A program made the translations under genes and the position numbers. A stretch of DNA of 64,000 nt from an uncultured Acidobacteriota bacterium (GTDB lineage: Bacteria; Acidobacteriota; Blastocatellia; Pyrinomonadales; Pyrinomonadaceae), in NCBI GenBank assembly GCA_963785125.1, contig CAWATU010000004.1:51260-115259 (forward strand). The letters run 5' to 3'. This document shows positions 48,592 through 59,393 of the stretch, piece by piece. The notes under the pieces are model-generated. The model saw nothing but the letters and a program-made list of their open reading frames with translations, was not told the DNA's origin and searched no databases. Each line of letters starts with the position of its first letter. Within the stretch, counting starts at the first letter, position 1.

Positions 48592-51147
48592 ATGGAAACT
48601 TTTGAACGTAACTACGTCAACATCGAAGACGAGATGCGCCGTTCGTATCTCGACTACGCCATGTCGGTCATCATCGGGCGCGCGCTCCCCGACGTGCGCG
48701 ACGGGTTCAAGCCCGTCCACCGGCGCGTGCTCTGGGCGATGCATGAGCTTGGCAACCAGCACAACAAGGCTTACAAGAAGTCGGCGCGCATCGTCGGCGA
48801 CGTGATCGGTAAGTATCACCCGCACGGTGACTCGGCCGTCTACGACACCATCGTCCGCCTGGCGCAGGACTTCTCGATGCGTTACCCGCTGGTGGATGGG
48901 CAGGGCAACTTCGGCTCGGTGGACGGTGACTCGGCCGCCGCGATGCGCTACACAGAGGCGCGCATGTCGAAGATCGCCGGCGAGATGCTCGCCGACATCG
49001 AGAAGGAGACGGTCGCCTTCAATCCCAACTACGACGAGTCTCTAAGCGAACCGTCGGTCATGCCGACGCGTGTGCCGAACCTTCTGCTGAGTGGCTCCGA
49101 AGGCATCGCCGTCGGCATGGCGACGAAGATTCCGCCGCACAACCTCTCGGAGGTCGTGGACGCGACCATCGCGCTCATCAAGAAGCCGCACATGAAGGAG
49201 GCCGAGCTGCTCTCGCTCGTCCCCGGCCCTGACTTCCCGACCGGCGGCTTCATCTACGGCCGCGAAGGCATCCGCTCGGCCTACACGACGGGGCGCGGCA
49301 TCATCCAGATGCGCGCGCGCGCCGGCATCGACCGCATCGGGCGGGGCACGACCGAGCGCGACGCCATCATCATCACAGAGATTCCGTATCAGGTGAACAA
49401 GGCGCGCCTCATCGAGCGCATCGCGGAACTCGTCAACGAGAAGAAGATCGAAGGCATCGCCGACCTCCGCGACGAATCCTCGCGCGACGGCATGAGGGTC
49501 GTCGTCGAGCTGAAACGCGACGCCGTCCCGCAGATAGTCCTCAACAAGCTCTACAAGCTGACGCCGATGCAGTCCACGTTCGGCGTCATCAACCTCGCCA
49601 TCGTGCAGGGGCAGCCGCGCGTGCTGACCTTGAGGCAGATGCTCGACCATTTCATCGAGTTCCGCCGCGAGGTGGTGCGCCGCCGCACCGAGTACGACCT
49701 CCGCAAGGCGCGCGCGCGCGCACACATTTTAGAGGGCTTGAGCAAAGCCATCGACGCGCTCGACTACATCATCCCGCTCATTCGCAACGCGCGCTCGGTG
49801 GACGAGGCGCGGCAGTGGCTGACGAACAGCACCGCTTCGATGACCGAGGTCAAGCAGTGGAAGGGCGTCGCGGCGGATGTCACGGTCGCCGGCTACATCG
49901 ACAAATTGAAGAAGGTCATGCGGCGGCTCGAATTCTCCGAGGCGCAGGCACAGGCCATCCTCGACCTGCAACTCCGCCGGCTCTCCGCGCTCGAACGGCA
50001 GAAGATCATCGACGAGTATGAGGGCATCATCCGCCTCATCGCCGAGTTGGAGGACATCCTCGCCAACGACGCTTCCCTGCGCCGCGTCATCGTCAACGAG
50101 TTGGAGGACGTGAGGAAGAACTTCGGCGACGCGCGCCGCACGCAGATCATCGACGAGGGCGTCGAACTCTCCATCGAGGACATGATCGCCGACGAGGACG
50201 TGGCCATCACGGTCACGAAGAACGGCTACGTCAAGCGCACCGCCGTCTCGACCTACCAGCGTCAGGGGCGCGGCGGCAAGGGCCGTTCGGGCGCGGGCAC
50301 GGGCAAGAATGAGGACTGGGTCGAGCACCTCTTCATCGCCTCGACCCACTCGTACCTGATGATCTTCACCGACGACGGGCAGGTCTTTAAGCTGAAGGTG
50401 CACGAGATACCCGACGCCCTGCCAAGCGCGCGCGGCAAGGCCGTCGTCAATCTCATCAACATTCCTTCGGTGCGCAAGCTGGCCGGGGTCATCCCCGTCC
50501 GCGAGTTCGTCGAGGGCAAGTACGTCGTGATGGTCACGCGCAAGGGTGTCATCAAGAAGACGGAGTTGTCCGAGTTCCGCAACATCCGCTCGAACGGCAT
50601 CAACGCCGTCAACGTGGACGACGGCGATGAGCTGCTCGACGTGGTCCTGACCGACGGCACGAAGCGCATCTTCATCGCCACGCACGACGGCCTCGCCATC
50701 CGCTTCGACGAGTCGGACGTGCGGCCGATGGGGCGCACCGCCCGCGGCGTGCGCGGGGTCGATCTGCGTAAGGGCGACTACGTCGTCTCGGTCGCGGCCG
50801 TCTCGGCGGACGACAACGAGAAGATGCTCTCGGTCTCGGAGTGCGGCTTCGGCAAGCAGACGCCGATCACGACCTACCGTTTGCAGTCGCGCGGCGGCAA
50901 GGGCGTCATCAACATGAAGACGACCGACAAGACCGGCAAGGTCGTCGCCGTCTTCCCCGTGGACGAGGAGTCCGAGTTGATGATTATCACCAAGCAGGGC
51001 AAGCTTATCCGCATCGAGGCCGACAACATCCGCAAGACCGGCCGCGGCGCGCAGGGCGTGCGCCTCATCAAGACCGACGGCGGCGACAAGGTGACAAGCG
51101 CATCTCTGCTCGACGCCGAGACGCAGGCCGAGGTGGTCGAGGCTTAA
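48592..51147 (+). CDS. gyrA: DNA gyrase subunit A
   Basis: [34 protein letters not shown] (active-site Tyr region), and C-terminal beta-pinwheel repeats. Confidence 0.97.
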   Translation: METFERNYVNIEDEMRRSYLDYAMSVIIGRALPDVRDGFKPVHRRVLWAMHELGNQHNKAYKKSARIVGDVIGKYHPHGDSAVYDTIVRLAQDFSMRYPLVDGQGNFGSVDGDSAAAMRYTEARMSKIAGEMLADIEKETVAFNPNYDESLSEPSVMPTRVPNLLLSGSEGIAVGMATKIPPHNLSEVVDATIALIKKPHMKEAELLSLVPGPDFPTGGFIYGREGIRSAYTTGRGIIQMRARAGIDRIGRGTTERDAIIITEIPYQVNKARLIERIAELVNEKKIEGIADLRDESSRDGMRVVVELKRDAVPQIVLNKLYKLTPMQSTFGVINLAIVQGQPRVLTLRQMLDHFIEFRREVVRRRTEYDLRKARARAHILEGLSKAIDALDYIIPLIRNARSVDEARQWLTNSTASMTEVKQWKGVAADVTVAGYIDKLKKVMRRLEFSEAQAQAILDLQLRRLSALERQKIIDEYEGIIRLIAELEDILANDASLRRVIVNELEDVRKNFGDARRTQIIDEGVELSIEDMIADEDVAITVTKNGYVKRTAVSTYQRQGRGGKGRSGAGTGKNEDWVEHLFIASTHSYLMIFTDDGQVFKLKVHEIPDALPSARGKAVVNLINIPSVRKLAGVIPVREFVEGKYVVMVTRKGVIKKTELSEFRNIRSNGINAVNVDDGDELLDVVLTDGTKRIFIATHDGLAIRFDESDVRPMGRTARGVRGVDLRKGDYVVSVAAVSADDNEKMLSVSECGFGKQTPITTYRLQSRGGKGVINMKTTDKTGKVVAVFPVDEESELMIITKQGKLIRIEADNIRKTGRGAQGVRLIKTDGGDKVTSASLLDAETQAEVVEA

Positions 51148-51180
51148 CCATCGGCTTCGCCCCCGCGGGTGTTTACACGA

Positions 51181-51213
51181 AGAGGCGCGCCCTCCGCAGG
51201 GCGCGCCTCTTTC
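51181..51213 (+). terminator. gyrA intrinsic terminator
   Basis: AGAGGCGCGCCCT / AGGGCGCGCCTCT 13-bp stem, loop CCGC, followed by TTTC. Confidence 0.65.
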
Positions 51214-51263
51214 AGCTTCGGCGCTTTCGGATTGCGGCCGGCGGCTGGTAGGCTCGGGGACTG

Positions 51264-52022
51264 ATGGCAGGCGACGAGATCGACAACGCGCTCGCGTGGC
51301 TCGCGCAGTTCGTAGAGACCCGAGGAGCCCTGCGCCTGTTGTTCGTGGCGGTGTGCGTTGTGCTGCTCGCGCGCGCGGCCTGGCAGAGACTTGTCGGCAG
51401 CAGGTGGGCTTCTAAGCTCTGCCGGCTCCGCAGAGACCAGCGGATCAAGGGAGTATTCTACCTGCCCCAACGGCTGGGGTTGCTCGAACGGCTCTATCTG
51501 CGTGTGAGCCCGCCGGGCTGGTGCAGGACAGACGACCTGATGGCCGCCTTCCGGGACAGGGGTAAGCTCCTGCGCGAGGGCCAGATCGTCCCGGCCGTGC
51601 TGGTGCAGGCCAACGCGCTCCTCTTCGAGCGCGGCGCCGACGACGCACCCGCCAACGTCATCTACACGACCGACTCCGACGCCGAGCAACCGGTGGCGCG
51701 TATGCTCGAAGTCGCGCAGAAGATTTTTTCGCTGAAGGACACGAAGCCCGAAGACGCGGACGAGGCGCGCTTCGCGCGGATGGTCTCGTATGAGTTGGGG
51801 CGCGACTTCCGCGTCACTGTCCCCGAAGGGCTCTCGGGCGGGCTCGACCTCACCTACACGACCATCATGGTGCACCGCCGGCACCTGCCCGAAGGCCGGC
51901 TCGCCGTCCCATACTTCCCGCTCGTCATACACACAGAGTCGCGCGCCGCGATGATTCTGCCCGCGCGCTACTGGCCCGACGACTTCCTCGACGAATGGAT
52001 GCAGATCGGCACGGGCGGGTGA
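51264..52022 (+). CDS. hypothetical protein with N-terminal TM segment
   Basis: 252-aa ORF with protein-like composition. The opposite-strand ORF 51144..51932 is judged to be a shadow. Confidence 0.5.
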   Translation: MAGDEIDNALAWLAQFVETRGALRLLFVAVCVVLLARAAWQRLVGSRWASKLCRLRRDQRIKGVFYLPQRLGLLERLYLRVSPPGWCRTDDLMAAFRDRGKLLREGQIVPAVLVQANALLFERGADDAPANVIYTTDSDAEQPVARMLEVAQKIFSLKDTKPEDADEARFARMVSYELGRDFRVTVPEGLSGGLDLTYTTIMVHRRHLPEGRLAVPYFPLVIHTESRAAMILPARYWPDDFLDEWMQIGTGG

Positions 52023-52045
52023 GGCGCCCGCAGCCGCGGCGCGGC

Positions 52046-52438
52046 TCAGTCTTCGTGCGTGACGATGTAGAGCCAGAGGATGAGGAGCGTGACGCCGACC
52101 CCGATGCCGATGCCGATGCCGATCTTGGCGCCGGTCGAGAGATTGTGGCCCCGCGCCTTGCTGACCTGCGGGTAGGCGACGGCCGTCGCCTTGCCGGCGG
52201 AGTCGGTGACGACGAAGCTCTCGGCGCCCACCTCGCTGACAAACCCTTCGAGCTTCGTCTTGTCGCGCAGGATGAGCTTGATGCGCGCGTCCGTGCCTGT
52301 GCCGAGCTTGGCAAGCTGAGCGCGAACCTTCTCGCCGCGCTTCGCCTCCTTCTCGGCATTCGTGGCAGCGAAGGCGGGCACGGCGGCCGCCTGAAGCATC
52401 AGGCCGGCGAGTATGATGGAACAGATTTTCTTCAACAT
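52046..52438 (-). CDS. small secreted/C-terminally anchored hypothetical protein (paralogue 1)
   Basis: Signal peptide ...AVPAFAAT, conserved core KLGTG.DAR..L.LRDKTKLEGFVS, and a Gly-rich C-terminal TM. Confidence 0.6.
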   Translation of the reverse strand: MLKKICSIILAGLMLQAAAVPAFAATNAEKEAKRGEKVRAQLAKLGTGTDARIKLILRDKTKLEGFVSEVGAESFVVTDSAGKATAVAYPQVSKARGHNLSTGAKIGIGIGIGVGVTLLILWLYIVTHED

Positions 52439-52492
52439 GATTCTTGTCTCCCGGGGGAAATTTCCGCTTTCGGTTTCGTGCGCGCGGGCGCT

Positions 52493-52885
52493 TTAGCGCT
52501 CGTTGGCGGCGTACATGGACCAGAGGATGATGAGGACGACGGCGGCGCCGATGCCTGCGCCGATGGCGATCTTGGCGCCGGTCGAGAGGTTGTGACCCTG
52601 AGCCTTATTGACCTGTCCGTACCCGACCGTGGTCGTCTTGCCCTCGCCGTCGGTGACGGCGAACGTGTCGGCGTCGGATTGGCTGACAAAGCCTTCGAGC
52701 TTCGTCTTATCGCGCAGCACGAGGCGGACGCGCGCGTCGGCGCCCGTGCCGAGCTTAACGAGTTGCGTGCGCACCTTCTCGGCGCGCTTCGATTCCTTCT
52801 CGGCACTCGTCGCGGCGAAGGCGGGGATGACCGCGGCCTGCAAGAGCAGCGCAGAGAGTACGAGGGAACAGAGCTTCTTGAACAT
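52493..52885 (-). CDS. small secreted/C-terminally anchored hypothetical protein (paralogue 2)
   Basis: 130 aa, collinear with 52046..52438 and clearly homologous along its whole length. Confidence 0.6.
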   Translation of the reverse strand: MFKKLCSLVLSALLLQAAVIPAFAATSAEKESKRAEKVRTQLVKLGTGADARVRLVLRDKTKLEGFVSQSDADTFAVTDGEGKTTTVGYGQVNKAQGHNLSTGAKIAIGAGIGAAVVLIILWSMYAANER

Positions 52886-53096
52886 TATTCTTACCCTTCT
52901 TCCTGTATGACTTAAACGGTGTGACTCGCGCCCGTCAGGCTCGAAGGCCCGGGGCTGTAAGTCTCACCCTTTGCAAGGCCGGTGCCGCGCGCTTTCACGC
53001 AGCACGCGCCGACAAACGCAGCGATATTTCCGCTGCATCGGTCGGCGCGTGCAGGAAGAATCCGGCAGGTGTCGGGCGGAGGTGGCGGCTTCGCCT

Positions 53097-56000
53097 TTAA
53101 GGCTTCGGCAGCTCGACGGGCTTCCCGGTCATGAGCGTGGGCGCGCCCACGCGGCGGAGCGCGTCGTTGAGCTGCGGCACGGCGTCCGAGAGGAACGTGT
53201 TGACCTCGCCGAGCTTATCGTTGAACTCCTTCTGCAAGTCTGCGTAGAGTTCGCGCGCGGCCGGCGTCGGCGCGGCGTTCGCCGCGTCGAGCGTGAAGAA
53301 GAGTCCGCCGATGCGGTCAACGAGCTGCGCGCGCCCCTCGAAGCCTAAGCCCCCGTCGGGTTGCGCGAGCTTGTTCTGCAACTCTTCGACGCGCTTCTTC
53401 TGCGCCGCGAGCCGGTCGGTCAAGTCCTTCGGCACTTCGCCTGCGCCGAGCCTGTCCTTCACAGTCCGCTCGACGAACTCGATCTGACTCTTCAAACTGT
53501 CGAGCGTGCGCAGCGCGTTGTTCGTCGCCGTCTGCATGTCGCGCAGCCGCAGCGACATGTCGAGCGTCTGTTTCAGGTCGGCGGCGGGCACGCTGACCGT
53601 CGGGTCGAGCCGCACCTCGACCTTCCGCTCGTACGCCTTGTCGCCGACCATCAAGCGCACGGTGTAGGTGCCCGGCAGCACCTGCGGCCCGCGTGGGCCG
53701 CCCGTGAACTGCGTCTCCTCATCGGACGGCGGGCGGCGCACCTGCGGCCCGCCGTAGCGCAGGTTCCAGTTGACGCGGTTGAGCCCCTGCTCCTTCGCCA
53801 CGTTCTCTATCTCTGAAATCATCTTGCCCGCCGAGTCGAGTATCTGAAACTTGACCTTCGTCTTCTCGTCCGGCTTCCGGCTCAGGTGGTAACTGAGCAG
53901 CGCGCCGTAGGGCGGGTTCTGCCCGGCGAACGCCTTCTCGGCGACGCCGTAGCGCGTCATGCGCGTCGTGTAGCGCAGGGCGGGGCGCGGCTCGAAGAGG
54001 TACGCATCGGCGCGCGTCACCTCGGCCGACATCTGCTGAATCGGCGTCGCGTCGTCGAGGATGTAGATGCTGCGGCCGTGCGTGCCGAGGATGATGTCGT
54101 TGTCGCGCGGGTGGACAATGATGTCGTGGACGGCGACTTTAGGCAGGTTCTTCAAGGCGAGGCTCGTCCAGTTGCCGCCGCCGTTGTAAGAGGCGTAGAG
54201 CCCAAGCTCGGTGCCCGCGTAAATCAACCGCGGGTTTTTCGGGTCTTCGCGCACGACCCAGACGTGCGCGTTCGCGGGCAGGTTCCCCGTGATGTTCTGG
54301 AAGGTGCGCCCGCCGTCCGTGGTCTTGTAGACGTATGGGCGACGGTCGTCCATCTGATGTCGGTCGAAGGAGACGTAAGTAAGGTCGGCCTCGACGCGCG
54401 AGGGCTCGACGTGCGAGACGGAGGAGAAGTCGCCGAGGTTCGGCACGTTCTTAATCACGTTGCGCCAGTTCTTCCCGCCGTCGGTCGTCACCTGTAGGTT
54501 ACCGTCGTCGGTGCCGGCCCAGATGACCCCGGCGCGCATGGGCGACTCGGCGATGCTGATGACGGTCGTGTGGTACTCGGCCCCCGTGTTCTCGTAAGCG
54601 ACGGGGCCGCCCGCCGACTTCTGCTTCGCCTTGTCGTTCGTCGTGAGGTCGGGGCTGATGGCCGCCCACGTCTTGCCGAAGTCGGTCGATTTAAAGATGA
54701 CGCTGCCGCCGAGGTAGACAGTGTTCTTGTCGTGCGGACTCGGGACGAGCGGCGAGTTCCAGTTAAAGCGGTACTTGGCGAACTCCGCCGGGCCGCCGTC
54801 GTCGCCCATGTAGGGGACGACCAACTGCTGCTCGCGCGTGCGCATGTCGGTGCGCACGACGTTCGCGCCCTGCGACTCCGAAAGGTACAACTCCGGGTCG
54901 TCCGGATGATTGAGCACGTAGAAGCCGTCGCCGAAACTTATCATCCGCCAGTCGTCGTTCTGGATGCCGACGGGCTCGCGCGTGCGGCTCGGCCCCGTCC
55001 ACGTGCCGTTATCCTGCAAGCCGCCCATCACGTAGTAGAAGGGCTGACGGTTGTCGGCGTGTAGCTGGTAGAACTGCCCCCACGCCGCGTTGTTGACGTA
55101 CTCCCAAGCCTCGCCGCCGTCGTAGGTGACGGCGACGCCGCCGTCCTGGCCCGCCCAGACGCGGCGCGGCTCCTGCTCGTCAATCCAGAGCGCGTGAAAG
55201 TCTATGTGCTGGCGCCCGGTGATGTTGCGGAACGTGCGCCCGCCGTCCACCGACATGAAGAGCTGCGAGGCGACGGCGTAGACGCGGTTCTCGTTCGTCG
55301 GGTCAACGCGGACGTGCGTGTAGTAGAAGCCGCGCGAGACGATGCTGGTCTGCTTCGAGACGTTGCGCCACGTCTCGCCGCGGTCGTCCGAGCGCCACAG
55401 CGTTCCCTCCTTCGCCTCCGTGATGGCGTAGACGACCGAAGGGTTCGAGTGCGCGACCGCCACGCCGATTCTCCCGATGACTTTGGGCAGCCCGCCCTCC
55501 AACTTCTTCCACGTCCGCCCGCCGTCAATCGAACGGAAGAGCCCGCCACGCTCGTCGCCCGACGTGTGGCCCCACGGCGTGCGCCGGAACTTCCACATCA
55601 CGGCGTAGACGACGTTCGGATTAGAAGGGTCGATGTCCATGTCGGCGACGCCGTGCTCGGGGCCGAGGTACAGAGTCTTATTCCAGGTCTTCCCGCCGTC
55701 GGTCGTCATGAAGACGCCGCGCTCCTCGTTCGGGCCGTAGGCGTGACCCTGCGCGCCGACGTAGACCACGTCTGGGTTGCGCGGATGGATGAGAATTCTC
55801 GAGACGTGCAAAGTGTCGCGCAACCCCATGTGCTGCCACGTCTTGCCGCCGTCCGTGGACTTATAGACGCCGTCGCCAAAACTCACCGAGTTACGCACGG
55901 CCGACTCGCCCGCGCCGAGCCAGACGACCTCTGGGTTGCCCGGTTCCAGAGCGATGTCGCCGATGGAGATGGTGCCCTGCCGCTCGAAGAGCGAAGTCCA

Positions 56001-56306
56001 ACGCACGCCGCCGTTGGTCGTCTTGAAGAGCCCGCCCGAGGCGGTGGCGACGTAGACGACGTTCGGGTTACCGGCGACGCCCTCAATGTCTGCGACGCGC
56101 CCGCCCATGTTGGCCGGGCCAATCTGGCGCCACTCCAGACGCTCGAACGACTTCGTCGCGGTCGTCGCGTCCTCGGGCGTCTCGGCGGGCGTCTGCGTAG
56201 ACTGCGGCGTCGCCTGCTGCGGCTGCGCCGTGGCCGCAAGCGCGAGGCACAACAGGACGAGGCACGCGAGCGCCGCGCGCAGGGGAAGGCTCTTCGTCTC
56301 AGGCAT
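53097..56306 (-). CDS. large secreted BNR/Asp-box (sortilin/VPS10-like) repeat protein
   Basis: Signal peptide and many S/T-x-D-x-G-x-T-W motifs (TTNGGVRWT, STDGGKTWQ, TTDGGKTWN, SIDGGRTWK, SDDRGETWR, STDFGKTWA, TTDGGKNWR...). Confidence 0.8.
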   Translation of the reverse strand: MPETKSLPLRAALACLVLLCLALAATAQPQQATPQSTQTPAETPEDATTATKSFERLEWRQIGPANMGGRVADIEGVAGNPNVVYVATASGGLFKTTNGGVRWTSLFERQGTISIGDIALEPGNPEVVWLGAGESAVRNSVSFGDGVYKSTDGGKTWQHMGLRDTLHVSRILIHPRNPDVVYVGAQGHAYGPNEERGVFMTTDGGKTWNKTLYLGPEHGVADMDIDPSNPNVVYAVMWKFRRTPWGHTSGDERGGLFRSIDGGRTWKKLEGGLPKVIGRIGVAVAHSNPSVVYAITEAKEGTLWRSDDRGETWRNVSKQTSIVSRGFYYTHVRVDPTNENRVYAVASQLFMSVDGGRTFRNITGRQHIDFHALWIDEQEPRRVWAGQDGGVAVTYDGGEAWEYVNNAAWGQFYQLHADNRQPFYYVMGGLQDNGTWTGPSRTREPVGIQNDDWRMISFGDGFYVLNHPDDPELYLSESQGANVVRTDMRTREQQLVVPYMGDDGGPAEFAKYRFNWNSPLVPSPHDKNTVYLGGSVIFKSTDFGKTWAAISPDLTTNDKAKQKSAGGPVAYENTGAEYHTTVISIAESPMRAGVIWAGTDDGNLQVTTDGGKNWRNVIKNVPNLGDFSSVSHVEPSRVEADLTYVSFDRHQMDDRRPYVYKTTDGGRTFQNITGNLPANAHVWVVREDPKNPRLIYAGTELGLYASYNGGGNWTSLALKNLPKVAVHDIIVHPRDNDIILGTHGRSIYILDDATPIQQMSAEVTRADAYLFEPRPALRYTTRMTRYGVAEKAFAGQNPPYGALLSYHLSRKPDEKTKVKFQILDSAGKMISEIENVAKEQGLNRVNWNLRYGGPQVRRPPSDEETQFTGGPRGPQVLPGTYTVRLMVGDKAYERKVEVRLDPTVSVPAADLKQTLDMSLRLRDMQTATNNALRTLDSLKSQIEFVERTVKDRLGAGEVPKDLTDRLAAQKKRVEELQNKLAQPDGGLGFEGRAQLVDRIGGLFFTLDAANAAPTPAARELYADLQKEFNDKLGEVNTFLSDAVPQLNDALRRVGAPTLMTGKPVELPKP

Positions 56307-56480
56307 GAGTTACGGCTCCGGGTGTGTATTGGTCAAGACGTGCGTCGAGAGGATAAACCACGCCGCACGCGGCCGTCCAACAACATTCACGCGGGCGCGT
56401 TTGACAGGAGGCGCGCGAGACGGGAAAACTCGACTGCGTCTGACTCCGACTCGAATCGCGCGTGGTACGACACAACGACC

Positions 56481-58652
56481 TTGATAAAAACTTCAGAACG
56501 AACTCGACGGGCGCTCGCCTTCGCCTCTGGTCTGCTCTGCCTTTTGCTGGGCGCCTGCGCGGCGTCGGAGCCCGCGAAGACGCCCGCGGGCTGGCGCGCG
56601 CGCGTGACGACGCTCGCGGGCGACGGCTCGCCGGGGTCGCAGGATGGGGCGCCGCTTCAGACACGCTTTCAAGACCCGTTCGGCGTCGCGGTCGGCAAGG
56701 ACGGCAGCGTCTATGCGACGGACGCGGGCGCGTCGAACTCGATTCGCAAGCTCACGCCCGAGGGAGTTCTCTCAACGCTCGCGGGCGGCGAGTTCAACAC
56801 GCCTTCGGGCCTTGCGCTCGACGGCGAAGGGAGTCTGTACGTCGCCGACACGGGCAACAACCGCGTGCGGAAGATAACGAAGGAGGGCGTCGTAACGACG
56901 CTCGCGGGCGAGGGCGAGTTCAACGCGCCCGTCGGCGTCGCCGTTGACAAGGACGGGAACGTCTACGTCGCCGACACATACAACGACCGCGTCCGCGTCA
57001 TCACGAAAGAAGGGCAGGTCAGAACCGTCGCGGGCGCGGGGAGCCCGGGCCACAACGACGGCGGCGCGCTCGACGCCGCGCTCTTCGACACGCCCTGCGG
57101 CGTGGCCGTCTCGGAGACGGGAGACATCTACGTTGCCGACACGGGCAACAACCGCCTGCGGAAGATAACGAAAGACGGTCAGGTCTCCACGCTCAACCTC
57201 TTCGACCCGCCCGCTGCGCCGCCCGGCACACAGGACACAAACGGCGCGACCCCGACGCCCTCGCCGGGAGAGACGAACCCGCCGGCTCTCAACCTCATGC
57301 CCTTCGAGTTGTCGAAGCCCGTCGGGCTCGCCGTCACGCGCGACGGCTTTCTCTACGTGACCGAGTTGGACCGAGGCCGCGTCGTGCAGGTCGCGCCCGA
57401 CGGCGCGGCGCGTGTTATCGCGGGGCGCGGCGGCCCCGGCTTCGCCGACGGCGAAGGCCGCACGGAGGCGCGCTTCAATCAGCCCGCGGGCGTGGGCCTC
57501 GCGCCCGACGGCTCGCTCGTCGTCGCCGACGGCGCGAACTACCTGCTGCGCCGCGTCAGCCCTTTCGAGTTGAAGAAGGTTGACGAGAAGAAGGAAGGGG
57601 TCGTGGTCGCGGCCGAGCCCGATACAACTCAGACGGACGTGCTGCCGCGCATCAACGTCGAAACCCTCGGCGCACCGTTCCCGTGGCCGCTCGACCCGCA
57701 AGGGCAGTGGCACGAGATGACGGCCACGATGGGCGAGGCGCGCGGCTCGTACGACACAGACGACAGCCGCCACCACCTGCACAGCGGCGTCGATGTCTTC
57801 GGCGTCTACGGCCAGACCGTGCGCGCCGTGCGCGAAGAGAAGGTCACGAGCCCGCTCGCCAACTGGGGCTTCGGCACGCTCAACGAGGGCTTCCGTGCCG
57901 GGCTCATGACCTACGTCCACCTGCGCGTCGGACGCAGCGAGCGCGACGAGATGCTCGACCCGAACACTTTCATCCCCGTCCGCGACACGGCGGGCAAGGT
58001 CGTGCGCGTACGTCTCCGGCGCGGCACGCGCCTGCGAGTCGGGCAGGCGCTCGGCACCATCAACCGCATGTATCACGTCCACATGAACCTCGGCCCGCCC
58101 GGCGCCGAACTGAACCCGCTCGCGCTCCCCTTCAACGGCTACGGCGACCACTTCGCGCCGCGGATCAACCGCGACGGCGTGCAACTCTTCGACGAGTCGG
58201 GCGCGCGCATGACGGAGAAGCGCGAAGGGCGCCTCGTCGTGCGCGGCCGCGTCCGCATCGTCGTGGACGCCTTCGATCAAGTGGACGGCAACCAGCCGCG
58301 CCGCCGACTTGGCCTCTATAAACTCGGCTACCAACTCTTACAACCCGACGGGACGCCCGCGCCCGGCTTCGAGCAGCCGCGTGTTCAGATTGAGTTCGAC
58401 CGGCTCCCGCCCGACCGCGAGGCGCCCAAGATCGTCTACGCCGACGAGAGCGGCATCACCGTCTACGGCAGCAACGAGACTCGTTTCCTCTACGAAGTGA
58501 CGAACAACGTCCGCCACGGCCGCGCCGAGCGCGGGCTGTGGGACACGACCGCGCTCCCGCCCGGCGACTACACGCTCCGCATCCTCGCCGCAGACTTCGC
58601 CGGCAACGAAGCCACGGAGAACCGCGACGTTCTGATTACGTTGAATAGATAA
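56481..58652 (+). CDS. NHL-repeat lipoprotein with C-terminal M23 peptidase domain
   Basis: TTG 56481 gives a lipoprotein-type signal (RRALAFASGLLCLLLGAC). NHL repeats (YVADTGNNR[VL]RKIT, several copies). M23 motifs HHLHSGVD and HVHMN. The upstream 429 codons of the track ORF are antisense to the BNR gene. Confidence 0.8.
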   Translation: MIKTSERTRRALAFASGLLCLLLGACAASEPAKTPAGWRARVTTLAGDGSPGSQDGAPLQTRFQDPFGVAVGKDGSVYATDAGASNSIRKLTPEGVLSTLAGGEFNTPSGLALDGEGSLYVADTGNNRVRKITKEGVVTTLAGEGEFNAPVGVAVDKDGNVYVADTYNDRVRVITKEGQVRTVAGAGSPGHNDGGALDAALFDTPCGVAVSETGDIYVADTGNNRLRKITKDGQVSTLNLFDPPAAPPGTQDTNGATPTPSPGETNPPALNLMPFELSKPVGLAVTRDGFLYVTELDRGRVVQVAPDGAARVIAGRGGPGFADGEGRTEARFNQPAGVGLAPDGSLVVADGANYLLRRVSPFELKKVDEKKEGVVVAAEPDTTQTDVLPRINVETLGAPFPWPLDPQGQWHEMTATMGEARGSYDTDDSRHHLHSGVDVFGVYGQTVRAVREEKVTSPLANWGFGTLNEGFRAGLMTYVHLRVGRSERDEMLDPNTFIPVRDTAGKVVRVRLRRGTRLRVGQALGTINRMYHVHMNLGPPGAELNPLALPFNGYGDHFAPRINRDGVQLFDESGARMTEKREGRLVVRGRVRIVVDAFDQVDGNQPRRRLGLYKLGYQLLQPDGTPAPGFEQPRVQIEFDRLPPDREAPKIVYADESGITVYGSNETRFLYEVTNNVRHGRAERGLWDTTALPPGDYTLRILAADFAGNEATENRDVLITLNR

Positions 58653-58671
58653 GAGAGGGCGTCTGCTCGTT

Positions 58672-59103
58672 CTACTTGTGGCCGGTGCTGCCGAAGCCGC
58701 CCGCGCCGCGCTCGGTCTCTTCGAGTTCTTCGGCCCAGACGGGCTCCGGGGTCGCGATGGCCTCGACGACGAGTTGCGCGATGCGCGCGCCGGGCTCGAC
58801 CTCGAACGGCTCGCGACCGTGATTGACGAGCGCACAGAGAATCTCGCCGCGGTAGTCTGAATCGATGACTCCGGCCAGCACGTCTATCCCCTGGCGAACG
58901 GCGAGCCCAGAGCGCGGCGCGACGCGGCCGTAGAACCCTCTGGGCACGGCCACCGCGAGACCCGTCCGGACAGGCGCGCGCCCGCCCGGCTCAATCGTCA
59001 CGCGCTCGACCGCGTAGAGGTCCAGACCCGCTGCGCCCGCGCTCCCGCGCGTCGGCAGCCTCGCCTCCGGGTGGAGCCGCTTGAAGTGTAGATGCTCGAA
59101 CAT
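58672..59103 (-). CDS. dut: dUTP diphosphatase
   Basis: Start at ATG 59103 (MFEHLHFKRL). GAAGLDLYA, GVIDSDYRGEI, RGAGGFGSTG. Confidence 0.93.
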   Translation of the reverse strand: MFEHLHFKRLHPEARLPTRGSAGAAGLDLYAVERVTIEPGGRAPVRTGLAVAVPRGFYGRVAPRSGLAVRQGIDVLAGVIDSDYRGEILCALVNHGREPFEVEPGARIAQLVVEAIATPEPVWAEELEETERGAGGFGSTGHK

Positions 59104-59123
59104 GAGAGACGGCGCGTGCGGGC

Positions 59124-59393
59124 TCAATGGTGCGCCCGGCCGGGCCCGCGCCCCTGTATGATGTTGCGCACCCTCCCGCCCACGAACTGCCCCAGAACGA
59201 ACGCGCCAATCATGACGGGGAAACTTATCAACTTGAAGCCCACCCCCAAGAAGATTCTTAAAGCGATGCCCAGCAGCACCGGCAGGAGCAAGGCCAGAAA
59301 CCACTGGCGCGAATGCTTCCGCACGCTCGCGCGCCAGTAGCCGAACGGCAGGTTGATGAGTAAGACGAGGAGTGCGACCGTCCAGAGGTTCAT
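59124..59393 (-). CDS. small membrane protein
   Basis: 89 aa with three hydrophobic segments. 4-nt overlap with the upstream moaD-moaE gene. Confidence 0.55.
   Translation of the reverse strand: MNLWTVALLVLLINLPFGYWRASVRKHSRQWFLALLLPVLLGIALRIFLGVGFKLISFPVMIGAFVLGQFVGGRVRNIIQGRGPGRAHH

Noticed and set aside
45600-48600. Replication origin near gyrA, with the tandem array read as DnaA-box or iteron cluster
   Set aside because: I found no cluster of TTATCCACA-like boxes, no AT-rich unwinding element, and no dnaA/dnaN/gyrB nearby. The array core (GGTGCGCG) is unrelated to DnaA boxes.
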